Source: Camelus dromedarius
Taxonomy: Eukaryota
NCBI RefSeq assembly: GCF_036321535.1
Contig: NC_087437.1
Coordinates: 91,142,001 to 91,206,000, forward strand
Direction: 5' to 3'
DNA: 64,000 nt
Part shown: positions 39,605 through 52,031 of the stretch, piece after piece
Numbering within the stretch: position 1 is the first letter of the stretch
How the letters are laid out: each line of letters starts with the position of its first letter
Program-made: the position numbers and the translations under genes
Notes under the pieces: generated by a model
Database searches by the model: none
The model's input: the letters and a program-made list of their open reading frames with translations, nothing else
Told to the model about the DNA's origin: nothing

Positions 39605-39691
39605 GGGAGGTGGGTGTAGCTGGCAGTGCACATGCTTAGCATATGTGAGGTCCTGGGTTGAATCCCCAGTACCTCCATTAAACAAATAAAA
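39605..39691 (+). mobile_element. tRNA-derived SINE, Vic-1-like (camelid)
   Basis: gggaggtgggtgtagct...catgcttagcatatgtgaggtcctgggttgaatccccagtacctcc plus A-rich tail. Has a B-box-like ggttgaatccc and a degenerate TSD (aaagggttaaactta / aaagattacactta). Confidence 0.8.
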
Positions 39692-39879
39692 GATTACACT
39701 TACAATAAATTTAATATATATCTAGTAATAAATATAAGATGTAGTTGTAAAAGACATGCAAGCATGAAATTATAAAGTATTAAAGGATACTGAAAAATAA
39801 GAAGAAAGGGAAATTGTATTCATATTTTGGGAGGCTCTTCAATTTGATCTGTAGCTTTAATCCATCTAGTTTTGTTTGT

Positions 39880-40790
39880 TCATTTGGTTTTTGAGGGAAC
39901 TTGACATACTGCATTTTAAAAAATGCAGAAAAGCCAAAGCCAAGAATAGCTAGGAACTCCTGAAAGAGATATAAAGAGAATGTACCTACCAAAGACAGAT
40001 AATGATTAGAAAGTTAGTTGCTAAGACAATGTGTTATTTACCAAGTATGGGAAAATAGAGAACCATGAAATAGAGCCACTTGATCTATGGACACTTTTTT
40101 TATGAAAAATGGGAATTTAGAAATTAATATTTTCTAATGAAGATACATAATCTGCGAAGAGATACTCTACAGATAGGAACATTCATGGAAAATAAATATT
40201 TGAAATATGTTTACTTTAATTAGTTAGCTACAAAACATGAATTAAAACTGTAATCTTATACCTCTTCATGAACCACAAGCCTATCCACAAATTCTAAAAG
40301 TATGGTAATACCAATGATGTTTCCGGAGGTGGAAGAGCAATGCATTTATACAGTTTTGGTGATGTTGTAAATTTTTTAAACTACTGTTACACTTTTGAAT
40401 AACAATTACAACAAACATATCCTAAGACGTAGAAATTTCACTAACCCATATATACGCTGGTAAACTTTTTGCAGTTATGCACCTGATGACCATAGTAGAA
40501 TTATTTGTAATAATAAAAAATTATACACAGCTCAAATATCCATGAGCATTTGAATGCATAATTTTGTTTTGGTGTATTTTTGCAATATAATGTTACAAAA
40601 CAAAAATGGATAAATTGTAAATGTTTTTCAAAATATATATTTTAGTGAAAAACATGAGTCATAGACAGATATATTTATTCTGAATCAATATGTTTATAGT
40701 TTAAGACAAAAAAATTAAATACAGCATTAGGCATGAAAAATTATTGTATTAAAACTATAAAGAAAAGTAAGCAGAAAATTTTTAATAATC
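39880..40790 (+). mobile_element. Old L1 (L1ME-like) ORF2 and 3' remnant
   Basis: gaacttgacatactgcattttaaaa...gccaagaatagcta; ttttggtgatgttgtaaat; ctcaaatatccat. Confidence 0.55.
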
Positions 40791-40799
40791 ATTACATCT

Positions 40800-42090
40800 T
40801 GTTTGAAATATATTTTATATATCACAAACTTCCTTAATTTTAATGTATTTTTATCAGTTTATTAAATTTACACAATTATGCAACATTACCTCAAACCAGC
40901 TTTAAAACTCTTGCATAACTCCTAAAATTTCCTTTATGTTCTCTACAGTCAAACCATGTCTCCAATTACAGCCTCAGGAAACCAATGATATTTGTTCTAT
41001 ATTTATAGTTTTCCCTTTTTGGAAATTACATATAAATCACATATAATTGAGCTACATGATATGTTGAATTTTATGTCTGGCTTCTGTCACTTAAAATTAT
41101 TTGGAGATCCATACATATTATTGTACTTACCGGTGGTCCATTCTTTTTATCGCTCTGTTGTATTACATTTTAATAGTGGTTGCATTGACTCTATAAATCA
41201 ATTTTGAGATAATTGTCTTCTTAACAATAATGGAGGTCCCAATTCATAAATACGGTGTATCTCTACATTTGTTTAGTTTTTTTTTTCTCTCAGTAATGCT
41301 TCCTAGACTTTATTGTAGAGATCTTACATGTTAGTTGTTCAATTTATTCTTATATATATTTTTGTAATGACATTGTCATGTTACTTTTAATTTCATTTTT
41401 TGATTGTTACTATATATATTTAAATACAATTAATTTACTTATTTATTTGGTATCCTGTCATCTTGCTTAACTCTTATATTAGTTCTAATATATTTTATTG
41501 TAGAGTCTTTAGAACTTTCCACATAGAAGATAGTGCCATTTGGAAATTTAAAAATGTTTTACTTCTTCATTTTCAGTCTTTGTGCTTTAAGGTTTGTTTT
41601 GCCTTACCGTAATGGTTTAGGTAGTTTAGTACAATGTTGAATAGAAGTGATGAGAGCATAAACCCTAGTCTTGTTCTCAATTTTGGGGGGAAAATATTCA
41701 GTCTTTCACCATTAAGTATAATGTTAGCTTTAGCCTTTGATGAGATCAAGGAAATTCCCTTCTTCTACAAGTTTTCAGAGAGCTTTTATCATGAATGTGT
41801 TTTTGTTTTATTAAATGCTCTATATTGACATGATCACATACTTTATCTCCTTTTCTCACTCAGTATGGCCCATTATATTGAATTGATTATTAATTTAGTT
41901 TTTTGATGTTAACTCTCTCTTTCATTCTGTTCAGTTTGAGTATATTATTATTTTTATTGCTATTAACTTTGTGAATATTTTATTAAGAATTTCTGTATCT
42001 ATGTTCATGAAGAATATTGGTATGTAGTTTTCTTCTGCAGTAGTTGTCTGGCTTTAGTGTCACAGTAATACTAACCTTGGGTTGTGTATG
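40800..42090 (-). mobile_element. Old L1 (L1MB/L1MD-like) 3' end plus ORF2 RT fragment
   Basis: tacaatgttgaatagaagtgatgagagc...attcagtctttcaccattaagtataatgttagct; tctatgttcatgaagaatattgg. Confidence 0.75.
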
Positions 42091-42369
42091 AAGTATCAAA
42101 AAATTGTTAAATTTTATTATACTTTTTTCTATATTTAATTTTTAAAATAAACTATTATACAAAATGTGAGCTGTGGTGAGAAAAGATACTTGAAAACATA
42201 TACGTAAATCAAATAAGCCTTGACTATTATTAAAAAAGAATGACTATTTTGAATTGGATATTACAAAAGCAAAGGAATTAAACTATTAGAAAATCATAAC
42301 ATAGATCAATAAATGAGAATATTTGATATTAAAACACTCTAAAGTCCTTGGAATATTCAAGAGAAAGGT

Positions 42370-43430
42370 TTCACTTCCTGGCTGCACACCTTTTCTCAGC
42401 AGATTCTCGCGGTGCAGAGTGATTCTCTAGCTCCTGCGTGAACAGCTTCTGCAGTGTCCTGCCTGGCCAGCAGTACTCAGTGATCAGCAGCTTCCCCCAT
42501 CACCCTAATTTGGGTGGTTTATTGGTTTCCTAGAGTCACCATAACAAAGTACCACAAACTGGCTGGCTTAAGACAACAGAAGTTTCCAGTTCTGGAAGTT
42601 AGAATCTTGAAATCAAGAGGCCAGCAAGCCATACTCCCTCTGAAACCTCTGAAAGTGACTCCTTCTTTTCCTTCTCTAGCTTTTCATGTTCGCTGGCAAT
42701 CCATGGTGTTCTTTGATTTTAGTCATCCCTCTAATCTTTATCCCCATTGTCCTATGGTCATCATTTCCCTCTGTGCCTCTGTGTATTCATTTGACATTTT
42801 TCTCTTTGTGTCTCTCTCCTCTTATAAGGACACCAATCATATCAAATTGAGGGCTCACTCTTCTCAGCATGGTCTCATTTTAACTAATGATATCTGCAGG
42901 GACCTGATTTCCAAATAAGTTCACATTCACCAGCTCCAAGTGTTAGGTTTTTAACATATTCTTTTGGAGAACACAATTCAACTTACAGCAAGTAGTGCCT
43001 TAAATGAGAAACTGCCCATAAATGACTTTTTCTAGTACCTTCAAGATCAGATTTCTGACAAGTTTCAAAAGTACAACTTGCAGCAAATTTCATCACTGTG
43101 GTACTGCATTAACTTCTTTGCCTTAATTTGAGTTTTGTGCCCTTTCCAACAAGTTCTAAATCCCAGGTCTAGAGTGGAGTCTCTTCCCTGGATACTCCAT
43201 CTCAGCCTTAATGACAGTGGCTACTGTATATTAGAATAGATTGTATACGATATGATTGATATGATTTATAATATGATATATTTGCTATTTCTGTATTATT
43301 TAGAGTTTTGTTCACTTTCTACTAGCCAATCTCTTATAATCTTAACTCCCTATTATCATTATTTACATTAAACTATTCCTGTTCAAACTACATTGTGTTT
43401 TCTCTCTTCAGATTGCAACCAAACTTGTAT
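42370..43430 (+). mobile_element. ERVL-type LTR (LTR52/LTR41-like), interrupted by an MLT1
   Basis: 3' end attaaactattcctgttcaaactacattgtgttttctctct...ttgtata; similar to the copy at 57040-57365. Confidence 0.55.
42518..42990 (-). mobile_element. MaLR solo LTR (MLT1C/MLT1B-like)
   Basis: ataacaaagtaccacaaactggctggcttaagacaacaga...cttataaggacaccaatcat...tttccaaataagttcacattc...acacaattcaac. ORF 42514..42918 is incidental. Confidence 0.85.
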
Positions 43431-44049
43431 AAAACTAAAAAACATAAAGGAACATATAATTTCTAAAAAATAAAAGGGAAAATAGAAATGCATAAATACT
43501 ATCTTTAGCACATTTAGCAGCAAGACACAGGAAAGAAAACAAATAAAGAAGTGAAACAAATAAACACCCAACTGGGGATGTTTAGGATGGTAGAAATAAA
43601 ATCAAGGAAGCCAGTAATGGCAGTAGATATAAATATTAAAGTCTCCTAATAGATATATATATATATTTTATTGGAAATTAAAAATCAAATTAAATCAATA
43701 CCAACCTGGTACTGTCTTTCTATTTAAAAAAAAAACCTCAAAAAATTCAAACTAGTAGGATAAGAAAATATATCTCAGGAAAAAAGTCTCTAAACAAAAG
43801 ATAGTGTAGTAAATTTAATTCTCTTATTACCAAGATAAAATAAAAATTGCATCACATGTATGAAACACGATATAACCTCAGAATTATATAATTCATATCC
43901 TATAATCAAAGGAAGAAATTGTCAAGTCCATAAACAGATTAGTACTCCATTCACATCAACTGACACATCAAGCAAGACAGAATTTGTTAAGGACTTATTT
44001 TATTAAAATATAATATATACCAAGAATGCTTTAATTTGTGTAAGTGAGC

Positions 44050-44620
44050 AGCTAGTCTTTTCCTATTTTTCTACTAATTCATCTAATTTTTTCTCCTTAA
44101 ATTATATAGGTTCTTTAAAAATTCTTCATACAAGAACTCTGAATTATGTACTTAATAGTGTCTTTTGATGAATAGAAGTTGTTAATTTTAATATAGTTCA
44201 CCTTATCTTTGTTTTACCTTTATGTTTAACTTTTTAGTTTCATATTTGACAAAACTTTGACTACTCCAAGACCACTATAATGTATTTTCTATGTCTTCTA
44301 AAACTCTTAATGTTTATTATTTTGCCTTTTCACATTTATATCTATAGCTTATGTGTAATTTTTATATTGTGAATTAGGAGTCTATATATGTATATAAAAG
44401 TATATACAGATATATGACTACTGAGTTGATACAGTTTCATTTATTGAAAATACCATGCACAACCCCTCTTAATAGTAGTGTTATTATTTTTGTAATTCAG
44501 GCTCCCTTGGGTCAATTTCTATAATCTCTTTATTTCCATTGCTCAGGTTTTACACCTCTGCACCAATACCATCTTACCTATCTTCATTTCTATAGCTTCA
44601 TAGTCAGTCTTGGTACATGG
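44050..44620 (-). mobile_element. Old L1 ORF2 fragment
   Basis: tcttttgatgaatagaagtt; catttattgaaaatacc; tgcaccaataccat; ctatagcttcatagtcagtcttg. Confidence 0.65.
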
Positions 44621-45234
44621 TACAGTTGGATATAGAAGATTTGACCCACACATTCGATAAGCTTGATGAAATGAGTGTATGCTCATCTCTACATCTGAAC
44701 TTTAAAGAGTTTGTGTTAACTCTAAGGTTCCACGGAAAACTATTTTTTAAATCATTAAGTGATAGCCTAACAACAATTTACCAGGAATTCCAACAAATTG
44801 TACTGTACAGAACATTTCACTGAACATAGTTCAATAAAGTTCTAAAGTAGTAACAAAAGGAAACCTAGATTTCATTTTAGACTTCCAACTGTAAGATTAA
44901 ATAATTTATGATATAAAATATATCTTAAGGGGAATATTAAAATTTGTGGAGCCGAATAACAAAGAAAAGAATAAACACACCATGTGTAGCATGCATCTAA
45001 AGCAGTACTATTATTGAGAGATAAATATAAATACTATGTGAATAAAATGTAAAAAAAAGATGAATTTAATTTAAATGAGCTAAGCATTGAAATAGGCAAA
45101 TTAGAAAACCAAAAAATGTAAACCCAAATAAAAGAAAGGACAAACTAAAGCTAAAAGCAGCTCTAACACTATGGAAAACCAATAATCATCAGAGAAGATA
45201 AAAGGAATCAGAAACAGATTTGTTGATTCAAGGA

Positions 45235-45390
45235 TTCTTTGCAAATCCCTGTGTAGTGTGTGCTATTAGCTCCACTTTACAGAATAAAAATTTGACTCTC
45301 AGAAAGTGTATTAAAACCACTTCATTCAAATAGTAAGTGTAGGTGCTGGAATAAAAACCCAGCTCTGGAACAAAAGCTCTTATCACTAAG
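45235..45390 (-). mobile_element. MIR SINE fragment
   Basis: ctattagctccactttacagaataaaaatttgactctcagaaag...tagtaagtgtaggtgctggaat. Confidence 0.6.
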
Positions 45391-47930
45391 TAGAATTTCT
45401 AAAAAATAAAAAAAAGCAAATGAAGTCTACAGTAATGTATTAAACAAGCAAATATATACAAGATAGTCAAGTACTGTTTGTCTGAGATATACAAGGATGA
45501 TTTAATATCTTTGATATTAATGAAATTGACCTATCCTTAGTTTATAATATGATGAGATGAACATTATTCATTTAATCATAACTATAACCTTGTGAGATAA
45601 ACAGACCAGATGATACCACTCCAAAGTCAACTATATGCTTATCATAAGTCGCAAAAAATTCAAATGAAAGCAACTATATTAATGAAGGAAATTAATTTTC
45701 AAGCATAAATGAAAAGCGTGCAGGAATACATATGTTAAAATAAAGACTAGTGTAATCTTTTGCTTAATGTCTCCAACTAGATTTCTCTCTTTGTCTCTGT
45801 TCTGCCTTTCACTTTTATTTTTGCTTCACCATCTGGCTTCAAAATGTTTGTTCCCCTGACAATACCAGGCTTTCTTTTCTGGAAAGGAAAATGCCTTTTA
45901 CTTTCCAGAATTTGAGACTGCAAATTCTCCTACCAGGCTATTGAATGAGAAAGAGAGAGAGATGTGATAAGCTGATGAAATTTCGTTTTTCAAGGGTGAA
46001 CTTCATGGTGTAGAGGTTGAATATTCTAAATATTCTACATGTGTGAGCAGTAATTAGGGTGAATTCTCTTTCCCCTTTGCTGCAAAAGATGAGTCTACTC
46101 TTTGGATGGCATTGTTAGGATTATGTATGCTTAGAAGCACTCAACAAAATTAGCTGCATATAATGCACTTCCTAAATAGAAAAGTAAGTATTACTATTTT
46201 GCTCTAAACAACTAAACAAATTTCCATCATACAGAACCTGATTGGAGGATTTTTGGAGAAAGAAATGCTTATTTTAAAATTTGATGGATTAAAATATGTA
46301 TTTACTGAAGTATTTATTTTTATAACTTCTAACTTAATGTGGTATTCTTTATAAGTAGCTGTTTTTAGATTTTTCATGTTTTGTATGCATATTTATGAAT
46401 ATATAAAGTACTGCTAGTAGCAAATATCTTTGAATTTATATAAAATAAGCTTTAAAACCAAGTGGATGACCAGTGAAAAATTAAAATAGAACATTAAAAG
46501 AATGAAAAGTTGTAACTAAATGTTAGCAGTCTTAGTTACCCAATTCACTATTATTTATTGCATTGACAATTTTAATATCTGACAATATAACAAGGTATTT
46601 TACAAGTCATTTATAAAATATAGGGAGAACCCTTATAAATGTGCTGTATATAAAGTGTATCACAGATTAAATGAAAACACGTTAAGATTGTAATTGAATA
46701 TTGTTTTAAAAATATAACTGATCACTTTGTTTACATTTGTGAATCATGGATGATATTTCAATTCTATTATAAATTATAAAATAGTTTGTAGAGGTGTTAT
46801 ATATATGCATATACATATATACTTGCTTAAGGAGAATATTTAACTGGAAATTGCCATCAGTCTCATTATCTTTTGACAAGCTCACATCACCAATGTTTAA
46901 CAAGTCTAATTTTGGGGGATGAGGGTTAGAAAGAAAAAGTAATACTAAGATTCCTTAGATGTTAGAATTAAGTCAGATCAGCTTTAAAATATTGCTTACA
47001 AGAAAACAATGGTAGTGGAGTAAAGGAATACATCATGAGGTTTTACTCAGGAGGGTAGATACAGAACAACAACAACAAAAGGCAGAAAAGCTATTACCTT
47101 TTAGGGACACAGAATGATAAAGCAACTAGGGATAGACAAAATGGTATGCTTAAGAAAAGAGAGGACCCAGAATGCATTGAGGCAGAAAGACTATTTGTGT
47201 GTGCTAAGAAGAAAAGAGAGAAGCTGGCTTAATAATGATGCAACTGAAAATAAGAGCGAGCCATACAGGATCTACTGTTTTAGAGGAAAGTGTTTTCCTT
47301 TCCACTACCATTTCTGAAACTTTTTCTACAAGAGCCATATGTAACAGATCCTTAGGAAAACTGCCCATTGTGATTATCCTCACTTTTCACCTTCAAAACC
47401 TAAATTATTTTCATACCACCCCTCACTTTTTTGTTAAGTAGGGTTAGCAAAGTCAAGACATATGGCCCTTCTCCCCCTCTCTACCCATGTGAACATTCCT
47501 AATTGGACTGATTTTAGCATTCTTTAGTAATGCACGTGATAACGATCCCAGAACCCTCAACACAGGGTTCTGGCCAACCAGCCCATATGAGTTGATGGGC
47601 AAGGCCGTGTAGGCACTTACCATAAGTGGCTTCATGTTGCTACTCAGTCACTCTGCCTCTCCAGCTATACTGTGTGCTCTGAGTCCTCAGTTCATATCAC
47701 TTCTTTGTAGTGCAAGTCTTCCCTTTTAATAAATGTGCAGTAAAAATTTTTCATAGTAAAGATTATAGAAGACATGGGCTAGTGCTCAACCACAATTGTA
47801 TTTTCCTCATATTTTAACTCATGAGTATTCACTATTACTGGCCACCAAATGTTCCTGATTCTCTTTGGAGCTCTGGTAAGACAGTACTCCCCCATTCCTT
47901 GAATTTAGATTTAGACAAGGTTTGTCTAAT

Positions 47931-48262
47931 TCAGTGGCTTTCAGCCTTAATTGTGCATCAGATTCTTCAGAATCTGCTGAAGGGCTGTGAAAACGGTTTG
48001 CTAGTCTTCAATTCAGTATATAGGTGACTAAGTGAATCTATCATCTTCCTCACCTAAGAACTTGTTAGAAATACTCTAGGTATTAGAGTTAGAGTAATAC
48101 CTAGTAATACCGTGAGTATTTCTAACCCAGCATTTAACTACCCAGATTATTTAAACCCAGTGTTTAACTCTGAGGGCAGAACAAGAAACCTTGCATTTCT
48201 AGCAAATTCCTAGGAGATACTGATATTGCTGGGCCAAGGAACACATGTTTAAAAACACCAGT
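47931..48262. mobile_element. MER5-type hAT-Charlie non-autonomous element(s)
   Basis: cagtggctttcagcc...gcatcagatt; aacttgttagaaat; tgcatttctagcaaattcctaggagatactgat...tttaaaaacaccag. Confidence 0.65.
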
Positions 48263-48311
48263 TTAATAAAATGTAAGTGGAAAAGGCAGAAATTCTGAGA
48301 CAGTGAGTGAT

Positions 48312-48388
48312 TTCCTCTCTTTCTCTCTCTCTCCCTCTCTCTCCCTCTCCTCCTCCTCCCTCTCTCTTTCCTTGTCTCTCTCTCTCCC
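48312..48388. repeat. CT-rich polypyrimidine microsatellite
   Basis: Seen directly. Confidence 0.9.
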
Positions 48389-50159
48389 ATCTGCCATGGA
48401 AACCTGCAACATTCACATTCTGGCTTCTCCATTAGTCTGGATCCCAGATTAAGGAGACATGGAGAACTCAGGTCAGACATGGAGAACACAGAACATGTAT
48501 AACAGGAGTAAGAACTAAACCTTGTCACTTCACATAACTAAGATGTTCATGTTGTTGGTTTCCATAGTATTCATAACCTAACCCAATCTCACTGGAAAAA
48601 AATATGCTTTGCAGTTTTTTTAAACATCAACATGTTTTCTTTTAAATGAATATCTGATTATTAGCAGGAGAAAATCATTCCTGTATCTCTTTCCTTTCTT
48701 GATTAAGTGTCTCAGAATTAAATTTGCACTGATTTCTTTATATTAGCCAGATTAAACCACTTTCTACCATAATTTCAAAGTATATAAGAAATATTAAGTA
48801 GGTAATTATGGAAATTAAAATGAAGTATACATTTTTACAGATCGAGTTTAATAAAATTGTCTCTAGTAGTATTTGGTGAAAATCTGATTTTGGAATACCA
48901 AAAAAGTTCACTGACTGGTTGTTTTAGTTAAGATAATAATTGATTTACAGAAAAAATAATGCAAAGCAAAACTATATCAAATACACGACTTGCAGAATCT
49001 AGGAAATTAATAGCATTGTAGTATTCAAATAAGTGAATTTCAAATGATGAGTGAAATTCAATACTGAGGCTAGAGAAAATTATTTGATGATTTCTCAAAG
49101 TCATCATCTACAAGGTGGGGAGAATATTTCTTATAAATAAAATATGTACCAAAAAACAGGTAGTATTTTAAAGTGACTCCAGAGGACTAGTTATTTTTTT
49201 TCCTCAAGCCACAGATCTTTTCACTTTAGAAATACAGAGTTGAAGAATCCATCATATCTCATATTCCGTGTATTGTCATTCAGATAGTAGTACTGGAAAC
49301 ATTTGAATTACTGTATAGAAAACAATTTTTAAACCAATTTTATTTGGCATACCTTGAAAAATCAAATTACACATATGAATCAGATTAATGTGTCTTAAAT
49401 ATTCTCCAGTTTCTTATAAGATTATATCAGCACTGTGAGATCATTCAATACTAAAAGATTAAAGTACAAAGGACTACAAATTGAAAAGATAAGACAATTA
49501 TTCATTGTTAGATCTACCTGATTAAAGCACAACAACCTGCGTATCAAATGGCTGTTGAAGGAAAGAACACTTTTGCTTTCCTCTCAGTAATTTAGTCAAT
49601 CACTTTATATTTATTAAACCACTGCTTAAGATAATTTCTGTACATAAAATTTTTTCTTGGGCTATTTCAATTAAAAATTCTGGTTTTATAATCGTATTGC
49701 TTAACTTGTGTGAAATAAGGTTTGGACATACATGTGCATAGTGTGCACTATGTGATATAATATTTATCACTTATCTAATAATTGTGTCAGGATAAAAACA
49801 CTTCCATTATGAAATAGATTCCTTGACATGAGATAGGATCTTCAAATAACTAAGAAGAATTCAAGTACCTTCGAAAATCTTCGAGTCTCCTGGAGACTCA
49901 TGTTCATATCATTTAATTCTGGAGAAAGTTAAAGTGACCACCCTGAACAATTTTTAAGAATTTAGGATTTTTCTTTACAATTTAGAGATTGAGAAAGTAC
50001 TCAGGAGATTTTCTATATCATTTTCTGTTGTGGATTTTCTATAAATCAATTAATTATTTGTTATAAAGTACTATCTTAAAATAAAAATTTTACTTTTAAA
50101 ACTGTGTGATCTATATTCTATTCACAATTCTCACACAGGACTATGTGTGAATACAGTTT

Positions 50160-50308
50160 GTGTATATTTACATACACATGTACACATACATATTCATATA
50201 TAAATAGTATACATAAAGTATATATGTATGTCCATATATACACACATATACACATATACAAGAGTATATATATTTGAATATATATATACACACACACACA
50301 TATACACA
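50160..50308. repeat. Degenerate (TA)/(CA) low-complexity tract
   Basis: Seen directly. Confidence 0.85.
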
Positions 50309-51569
50309 AAGATACATGATTTTACTTCGCCATTATTTGGCCTTTGAAGTACATAAATTCTAATTTTCATATACTTTTTTATAAAATGATAGAAAGGAGG
50401 ACTAAATAACAAGTTTTCTCTGTATCATGTTGAATTATGCCCTGAGATTTTGCAATCTAAAATGCCGGGATTTCACTGGAAGAAACAATGTGATATTCTT
50501 TTAATCCTAGTTCAGTTAATAAGCAGCGTATATGAAAGAGAATGAAATAGAAATGAAATAGAATTGAGAGGGAAATTTCCCCCATTAAAAGGGAAAAATG
50601 AACATTTAACAATAATACCATAAGCTCATTTAACTTACCAAATCAAGTATTTTATTATGCTTTCTCTGAGATTTGTCATAGTTCATTGCTACTAATTCTA
50701 CCTAAATAGTCAATGGTCAAGAGTAGATCCGGGGAAATACTAAGCAATTGGGTTCTCTCCCTCTCTGTTTCTCCCCTGACCCCCTCATTTTTCTCTTCCA
50801 TGTATCTGTCGGTCTATCTTTCTATCTAAATATTACTAAATGCATGTAATTAACAATACTAAACAAAATTTAATTATTTAAGATAAACTTTTTATCATAA
50901 GTCAATATTCCAGACTCAATTATTTATAAAACCATTTTAAACCATTCATTTCATTCCCTTTAAAGTAATATTGCTTATAAAATATTCTTACTATGTTTTC
51001 AAGGTTTGGTATTTTATAAATTTCTTATATAAGTTTCAAGAAAATGATTTATTTGTGAATCAGTTTAAAATACTTGTGTAGATGGTTGCTTTGATATTTA
51101 ATACCATTTTTAATTAAAGAGTGAACTTTATTCAGAAGTAAATTGCAATTTATACATTACTTGACACCAAAGACATCAGTATTTTTTAAAATTTTACTTT
51201 ATATATGGCAGTAAATATTTTATGTGTAATGAATCTGTTACTATTATTACTGTTTCATTAGTATATCTATGCATTCTATGAAAATGAGCCTAATTTTCTA
51301 GTAGCAATTATATAAGCTCAGAATTGTAAACCCACATGCCTTTAGGGACAATGTAGGTACATGAATTAATGAAGTTGAGTGATTTGCATATTAAACAGGT
51401 AAGGAATTTTTTATTTCCACAAAATACTTGACTGCATAGGCTCACAGTTTATCTTTCATTTTCCATTAATATTAAAAATGTAAATAAATACTAGAAATAT
51501 TTAACTTTCCCTTTGAATCATTATTCTAAAGCACCACCACAAGGGCAACAACAAAAGCAAATGACACAT

Positions 51570-52031
51570 TGCGGACCCTTTTGAGTTGGTCCCCAACAAG
51601 TGTCCTGCTCTGTGTCAATCATGCCAATAAAACGAGACTGAGTCTGGGTGAAAAGCAAAGGAAAGATTTATTCTCTGATCAGAGAATGGAGAGGTGTGAG
51701 CTCTGGCTCTAGAGCACGGGCTCTCCTGACAGGCTGTGGGCAGGGCTGCTTTATAGGGATCTCCCCAGCGGGGGTGGGGATGGAGTTCTCGTGGGACCTG
51801 TGAGCTGTGTTGCTCATTCTTCAGATCCATTTGGACAGAGAGCCTCTGCTCACGCCCACCGCCGCCATCTTGAAATGTCCCGGCCCCTCTTCTGCACACA
51901 TCCCCTGAGCTGAAGTGTTGGTGCAGCAGTTCGGCCTCTGCATGTGGCATCCTATGAATAAGTGAAACTAGACTAAGCACAAAGGAAAAAAAAAAAAAGG
52001 TTAGACTTTGTTTTATTACCCTAATTCCTCA
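51570..52031 (-). mobile_element. Young ERV solo LTR (about 460 bp)
   Basis: Minus strand runs TGAGGAAT...GGTCCGCA. TATAAA at 51750-51755, AATAAA at 51667-51672, YY1-like CAAGATGGCGGC at 51861-51872. GC-rich with many intact CpGs. Confidence 0.8.

Noticed and set aside
39605..39680. Possible tRNA gene
   Set aside because: D-arm/A-box region is disrupted, and it has an A-rich tail and TSD-like flanks; it is a SINE.
49883..49899. 17-bp palindrome GAGTCTCC-T-GGAGACTC
   Set aside because: Isolated; a few palindromes of this size are plausible by chance in 64 kb. The same applies to the stem at 3591-3613 inside the LTR40-like element.
51615..51980. 121-aa GC-rich minus-strand ORF
   Set aside because: Lies wholly within a solo LTR; open because GC-rich DNA has fewer stop codons.
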